Below are positions 57,201-64,000 of a stretch of 64,000 bases of DNA, one piece after another; position 1 is the stretch's first letter, and the number at the start of each line of letters is the position of its first letter. A model generated the notes under the pieces. The model worked only from the letters and a program-made list of their open reading frames with translations, had not been told where the DNA came from and searched no databases. The stretch covers positions 298,418 through 362,417 of the forward strand of contig JAQGDQ010002383.1 in assembly GCA_030141605.1 (NCBI GenBank). Reading direction: 5' to 3'. Origin of the DNA: Tubiluchus corallicola (taxonomy: Eukaryota; Animalia; Priapulida). The translations under genes and the position numbers were made by a program.

Positions 57201-59601
57201 CACAGAAGGTGTCAACTAGTTATAGGGGTATGCTAATAGAACATTGTACATAAGTATATGCTGTAGGTATACAGTTTGTACATATAAAGACTCTTAAAAA
57301 GTCAGCCTGGAAGAAACGTGTAAAAGAAAACGTAAAAAAATTATTAAAATTACTGCACATCACCAGATATACTCAAGAACTAAGTTAAGGTTCTTATCTT
57401 ATGAGCTGAGCATGATAAACCCAAGCAGTATATAACTGAGTTAACACTAGAACAGACAAAAAGGGTTTTAGAGATAAAGCTTAATATGCTACCACTAAAA
57501 TGTAATTATAGAAGTAAGTTTAAAGGAGATATATGGTGTCCGCTATGTGGTAAAGACAGAGGATCTATTCAGACGGTTATAAGAAATGTGCTACCAACTA
57601 CAGAAGTAAATTTCCAAAGTCTGATTGAGTCAGAAGATGCACAAATAGCAAAGCAGTAGGTGGAATTTGTTCAAATAGCAATGGAAACAAGAAAAAGAAG
57701 AGGTGTCGTGCTGGGAATTTAGCCAAAATAGTAACAGTCATAAATGGTTGATTAACATCAATGCTGATTACGTTACTTGTGTCTTGCGCGATAATATTCC
57801 TTTGTGCCTATCTAACCAGATAGAGTTAACACCGAGGAAACAACGAAACAACATGTGCTTACTGGAGAACCGCAACTGCAGCGACATGACATAGAGGAAG
57901 TTGAGGAACTGCAAGATGTAAAATGTACAACACTCATCGTATAGAAAAATATAATCTTAAAGTGAACAATACAAAGACCAAAGAATACGTTATACCCACT
58001 GCTAATTTAAACATCAACAATTCTTCCTAAATATCTTTTAATGACACAGATAAAGTCAAGGAATACATTATTTAAAAATGTGTATAGTTACCAGTCTCAT
58101 GAAGAAGTGAAACAGCTTTATACAAATTGGGCAAATTTTCCAGGATTTCAAACATGTGGTGTAGATGAAATTGATAAAATGCATCTGAATTGCATATTAA
58201 AAGAATTTTGTAATAAACTTAAATCAATGTACAGAAAACTATTTTTTACAAAGCTACATAATGATCCTAGACACAGTGATGGCAAAAACAAACTAAGATT
58301 TTATAGATATGTAAAAATCAGTAATGAATTAGAAGATTATTTCAAAATTATTTCTAATGAGAAACAGCGACAAATGATTACGAAATTACGTAACAGCGAA
58401 TATGACCTGGAAATAGAATGATTTAGATATCAAAATAAAAAAGGGCGTGAAAGGCTTTGTCAATACTGTCACAACAATAGCTCAAAATTAGTAGAAAACA
58501 AATTATATTACCTTTTTACTTGTCTTTTGTATAAAGATATTAGACAAAAATATGAGCATAAATATATCTTTGCAAAAAGGTAACATATACTCAGTAATGT
58601 GGTTTTTTTCTAATTGCAAACCCAGAAGACCTTATTCACTTTGGAAACTGCTTAAATGAATGTGATAAAAAAGGCAGTTATATCTTGGTGGTAATCTGTG
58701 AGTGCTGGATAAACCTTGTGCTGTGATTGTGTAATTTAATCTCGTTTGTGATTATATTAATTATTTAGGTTTTGTGTTTTTACTACTACTTTGTAGTTGT
58801 AGCATAAAGTTTTATTTCATAAGAGCACATAATTTCTTATTAGATTTAAGTAAGTTGTACAAACTCGTGGTTTTGCAATGTTGCATAATTGCATCTGTAT
58901 TTGTTGTTTTTCGTGTTTCTTGTACTTTGACTTTTTTGCAATTGTAATTTTTTGCCATGATACGCTATTGTATTTGTGCAATAGAACAAAATTGAAATTG
59001 AAGATGCGGTAATGATTCGTGGAAAAGATGTAAATAACTTGGTAACTTGTAAGACACCGATGCCCACATACAAAGAAGGAAAATTCTTAAATTGTCTGCT
59101 TATTCACATATCTCAATGATTTTTGATAACAATAGACTTTCTCTTGAAACCAGAGTCCGGATTCTTTCAACTTTAGTTGAATCTGTGTTTTTGTACACTG
59201 CTGAGCTATGGACAATAAAAGTTAAGCAACAGAAGGACAGTTGATGCTTTTCGAAGACGTCTCTATAGGAAATTACTCGCAATTAAATCGCCTGATAGAA
59301 TATCCAATGATGATCTGTATAATGCAGTCAAGAAGATTCCTGGTAGTAGACAAATACAAGTAAGAAAATTGCTTTGGATTGGGCACACACTAACAGTAAG
59401 ATTACCTCCTCTTCCTATGGTATTGCATAAAGCTCTTGAAACGACAAAAAACCAAGAGGCTGTCAACTAGGCTGACGTATTTAGGTTTTTGGTACAGATT
59501 TATGATCTAACATGTACATTAGGCAATTTGATACAGACATCATACTATATTCAAAATTTGTAGCTGCATATTTGCCATTAGTTTCTACTCAACAGACCAA
59601 G

Positions 59602-62600
59602 ATGACAAGTTTAAATAAGGGATGCACTTTGCCTTTATATGTGGTGGATGCTTTCACAAGCCAGGCATTTGCTGGAAATGCTGCTGCTGTATGTCTAGTG
59701 TCACACAATCAGGTAAATTAATGATGATCTGTCATTAACAAACTTTTCGTCTTAATTTGTTTTCAGCTATTTTTATTGCACTGTTCTTCACTGCAAATAA
59801 CTTGTGGTCCTGTAGCACAAACTCAGTCAATGTATGTGTCTTAATCGCACTCTTATTTATGTAAAGATATGAGTTTTTAACTACTAACTGATAATGTTTT
59901 TGTTATTTATTTATGTGATTAACTCAATGAATTAACTGTGTTACAATAAATAAATCATTATATTATAATATTTAAATCGCAGGCTTGCATAATAAAAATC
60001 ACTGGTTTATTTTTAGAAATATTGAAACAAATTTAACAAGTTAGTTGAAAACAAAAGTGTCCATTTAGTCACAGCTGAAATCAATTTGTAATCAATTAAA
60101 CTTATAACATCAGTCATAATAATGTCAGGATAATGGTGACTGTGCCTTTAAGTTATGTTTGTATTTGGATCTATTATAATAGTAGGTGTTTTTCATGAAG
60201 ATTTAGTATAATTTTAAGTGACAATTACAATGAGTATCAATGCAGAAAATGCATTTTGTTGTTGTTGTTGTTGTTGTTTCCGTTTCTACGGAGGCTTTGT
60301 AGTTTCTTTCTGCAATTCGAATAGATATTCTGAGTATTATTTGAACTGTACAAAACAGGAGATATGTTATATGTTCAAAATCTATTCCAAACAGTCCGAA
60401 GGCTGTGTTGTTTTTATTAGTTGAATTGTGGTGTAATCTGCATTTCTTGGGTTATATTATTAAATGGCTGTAGACATTGTGATGTATATAGTCATTCGGT
60501 TATTCTATTTTAGGTAATCGACGATGCAAAAATGCAAAAAATTGCTTTCGAAATGAACTTGTCGGAAACCTGTTTCATTGCACTGCCAACAGAAAACGAT
60601 TCGTTCAAGAATTCTTCCCGGTTTGGCCTGCGATGGTTTACCCCTGCCTGTGAAATCCAACTGTGTGGTCATGCCACTCTTGCTGCTGCCACGGTGCTTT
60701 TCTCTTGTGTTGGTAAGTTTGCTAAGCAGGACAGAAATGTAAATCTAGAAGCTGAACCTGAGTCAGTGCTACTACATCAGCTGACACTCACAGTAAATCA
60801 GCCAGCTGGAGTTCACCATTAAGAATGACAGATTTTGATTCTTATGTCCTGCAGCAACAATTTAGCGTTAGTTTGAATAGTTTTATTTGTGAACTGGCTT
60901 AAGTGATTCGACAGCACACCCCTTTATATGCCATATATCTCTCTATATCTCTCATATTTTATGTACTCACAATGTTAAAAAAAATCTCCTGGCTTATAAT
61001 CTGGCAACTCTAGCAATGGATTTATTGCAAATATAATTTAAATCCAACCCTTGGCAAGGCTTATCTGGATTACCAACAAATCAATACTAAAATACCAAAA
61101 TGATCCAATACGTGTGGCTAATGTTGCCTATTTGTGCATTTTATTTAATTTTGAATTGACTGCTTTCTCATTCAAATATTTCTGAAGTTTAGTATCTCTG
61201 CCAGCACACGTACAATATGACCGCATTGCGACCAGTGATTTCATCATCATCATAAGCCCGTTATGTCAATTGTAGACATTGGGCAGGCAGAACTCTAAAA
61301 TAAAAGAAATCTGCCCTCAAAACAGGTAAACACAGCAGTAATCTAGCAAAAAAACTGGACACTGCTATGCCAGTGACTTGTTCGCAAGAGCAAAAATCTT
61401 CACAGCTGGCAAAAATGTCAGCTACCTCGACTTCCGTCACCGAGCGGCTGGCACGACTAAAGCTGGGTTTCTTATCTGCTAGGTCGCCTGTAGAAATAAA
61501 CCGACTGGAGCTGAGCTGAAGCGGTATGGCTCTGGCTTCTATGTCGATCCCTTAAGTATTTTTCACGTTGTCTTGAAAATCAGGGAGTTTTTATTTGCCA
61601 ACCTAATACCAAACGAATTCACTGTGAATTTATTTGTGTGCTAATGCGTTTACTTCAAATAAGCTTCCATGCAGTTTTGCTTTTTTTCTTCTATTGTTTT
61701 TTTAGATTGTGTGCCTTTTTTGCATTTTAGGACTTAAAGCATTCCGCTGTTTTCAGTTCTCATCATATTTGGCATTTTCTTAGGAGACTGTCAGCTTTCC
61801 CTTCTTTTCATCTGCACTTTAAAAAATTGGAAAAGGAAAATAGTGCCTGTTAACCATATTCTAAACCATATTCTATTCCAATAATGAAATTACAATTAGG
61901 CATTGCAATATTTGATTGTATTGCTAATCCACTAATGCTACGATTAGGCTCTAAATATTTGTGAAATTGATAATCATTATGATAGGGGGGTCTGAAATTA
62001 AAAGGCAGCTAGTGAATATATCTACAGCTATGTAAATTATTACAGGTAACGAATTTACAGAGATTACATTTGATACGCTAAGTGGACCACTTGTTGCCAG
62101 AAAAAAAGAGGACAATTTTATTCTGCTAGATTTTCCTGCTAATCCAACTATTAGTGTTAACAAGGAAAATGTTAAAGATCTTTTAAAGGTACCTACTGTT
62201 TTGAATGACCTGTAAAACAAGTTTGCCTGGGTTTTTGTTGTAAGTAATTTTATCATTGAAGCTTTTAGCAGGTAGGTGGTTGACAGTTTGGAAGACATTC
62301 TGACGCCTTGGTATATTTATGTATTTTAGGAAATTTCCGGCGTTACTTGTTTTAACTGTGTGTGCTGGCCATGTTTTTCAAATGTATCATATGGGCTGTT
62401 TTTTTTTGGCCAATAGCTAAATTGCATCTTTGCACAGACTTTTTTGAAGGCATATTACTTAGTATTATCTTACTTGTATTACTTAGTATTACGCTTTCTT
62501 GCCTGCAATACTCATGTAAATAGAAAAGACACATTTTCTAGCTTTATGTAAGTAAAGGGCTTTCTTGCCTTTTATGACAATTTTTTGGTGTTTTAATTAA

Positions 62601-63519
62601 TCCTATTCAGTTTTCGAATTTGCCTGAAGAGGGGAGACAGCATGAGAGGAACATGGAAACTATTCAAAGGTGGGACGGGGGTGGGGGGGGGTGGGGGGTT
62701 ACAGTAATGGTGGCAGTGAAGCACTTGCTGTTACTTTAATGTTTCTTTTTACTGGCTGTTACACACACGTGCATGCACGCACGCGCACACACACACCCAC
62801 ACACACGCACTGTTACATAATATAGTAAAATATATCATATCACTCTTTTCGGTGATTCTAGATTGCATAGCACTCCTACAATAGGACTAGTTGAAGTTTA
62901 GCAAACAACTATCACAATTACTAACCTGACATTCTGTGCATTAAATTTAGAAATCCACAGATTAAAGATACGAGACAATGCCGCTATGATAAAACTAAGG
63001 GTGCATTCAGACTAGCGAGTTTTCTGTTGGGAGTTTTTCTCTAACACCAAACTTGCAAGTGTGAACTGCTTTGCGAGTTACTATCGACAAGTCATTGCAC
63101 ACTTTCAGACAGTTGCTACGAAATGATTTCCTGTTTAGTGTGAACAGTCTCAGCGAGTTACTCTTGACACGGCTCCCAGTGAATAGAGGAGGAGTATCAG
63201 CTGGTGCTTACTTCATGTTGGAGAATTTTGTTCTTTAGTCTGAACGTGCTTGCGAGTTACTTGGCGAGAAAATTTGTTAGTATGAATGCTTCATTACTCT
63301 CAAAAGCAGTGCGACAAAATATCAACATTCTTGCAACAGTCAAGTCATCTAAATTCTTCTTTGTAAAAAGTATTTTGGTCCGAACTTTAATACACTGTAG
63401 AATCTTATGTGAATGTTTTTTATAATACAGGTACTTGTTGGAGATTTACCTATTGTTGATGTGGAGTATGCTCCTGTTATACAACAAATGATTGTGTGTC
63501 TTCAAGATTCTGTGTCCAG
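59602..63519 (+). CDS. PBLD: PhzF/PBLD-like protein, copy 3 (exons 1-4; continues beyond the window)
   Basis: Exons 59602-59712, 60514-60712, 62046-62188, 63431-63519; apparently identical to copy 2. Confidence 0.9.
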
Positions 63520-64000
63520 GTGTGCATGTTGATAATTTTTTATTTGGTTTGTCGTGTGTCATTCGTTTTGCACTTTTCATTAGCTTTCATGTTATTATAC
63601 ATACTATAAAATTGCTGCAAATTGTACAAATCTGCAATTAATCTCTATTTCTATGAAGTGTGTTTGTGTATGTTTGTTTATTTGTTTGCTATAAAGTCCT
63701 GTTTTACTTATTTAACTTCAAATTTGGTCTATTAAGTTGCTAATACATCACACTCCCCATTGAATTATGGGATATGTACAGTTATGTGTAGAAATCAATT
63801 AACAAAAGCTGAAGACAGTCTACTTTTTAACTTTTGGCAGGAGCTCTACTTACATGAAAAAGAATTTAAAATACACTATGTTTCAGTCCATTGTTGGGTT
63901 CAAATTCTGATTGGATGAAAATTTTTCATTGTCTCATTCTTCATTCATTAGTCATTGATGTTATTATTGTTGTAAGTATAAGGCTTCATGTGTGTGTGTG

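Larger units (their letters stand above)
22952..64000 (+). repeat. Tandem segmental duplication: three units starting ~22952, ~41493 and ~55918 (unit 2-3 period ~14.4 kb)
   Basis: TTATTCTTGTTTATTTAAACTTTAACTAT... starts each unit; the ORF track repeats at +14387 (e.g. 45125/59512, 46145/60532); each unit carries one PhzF-like gene. Confidence 0.93.

Noticed and set aside
29422-63519. Horizontally acquired bacterial phenazine cluster
   Set aside because: The genes have six spliceosomal introns, resemble animal PBLD (SSRFGLRWFTP, DFYSR.F.PW.G..EDP), and no other phz genes are present.

Overview
AT-rich, intron-rich eukaryotic DNA, most likely from an invertebrate animal; the species cannot be identified from the sequence. 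Bases 1-~22,950 hold the 3' half of a + strand calcineurin A (PPP3C) gene, which I assembled by hand from GT-AG exons (5744-19569). Its regulatory region is unusual. There are two homologous calmodulin-binding-domain exons, a divergent one at 13714-13813 and the canonical one at 16544-16631; their phases force mutually exclusive use. Nearby are a candidate alternative terminal or cassette exon (14106), and candidate 3-, 9- and 20-nt microexons. From ~22,950 to the end is a tandem array (units start ~22952, ~41493, ~55918) of a 7-coding-exon PhzF/PBLD-like gene of 296 aa: two complete copies and one cut by the window end. The two complete copies carry a Cys/Cys pair (LCGH...EDPVCGSAH) instead of the Cys/Thr of vertebrate PBLD. 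Copy 1 has lost the conserved NLSET Glu and has a copy-specific solo LTR just upstream of its first coding exon. The rest is nested LINEs, a THAP/P-element relic, several MITEs, a SINE and micro/minisatellites. All calls come from manual reading; no alignments or database searches were run.
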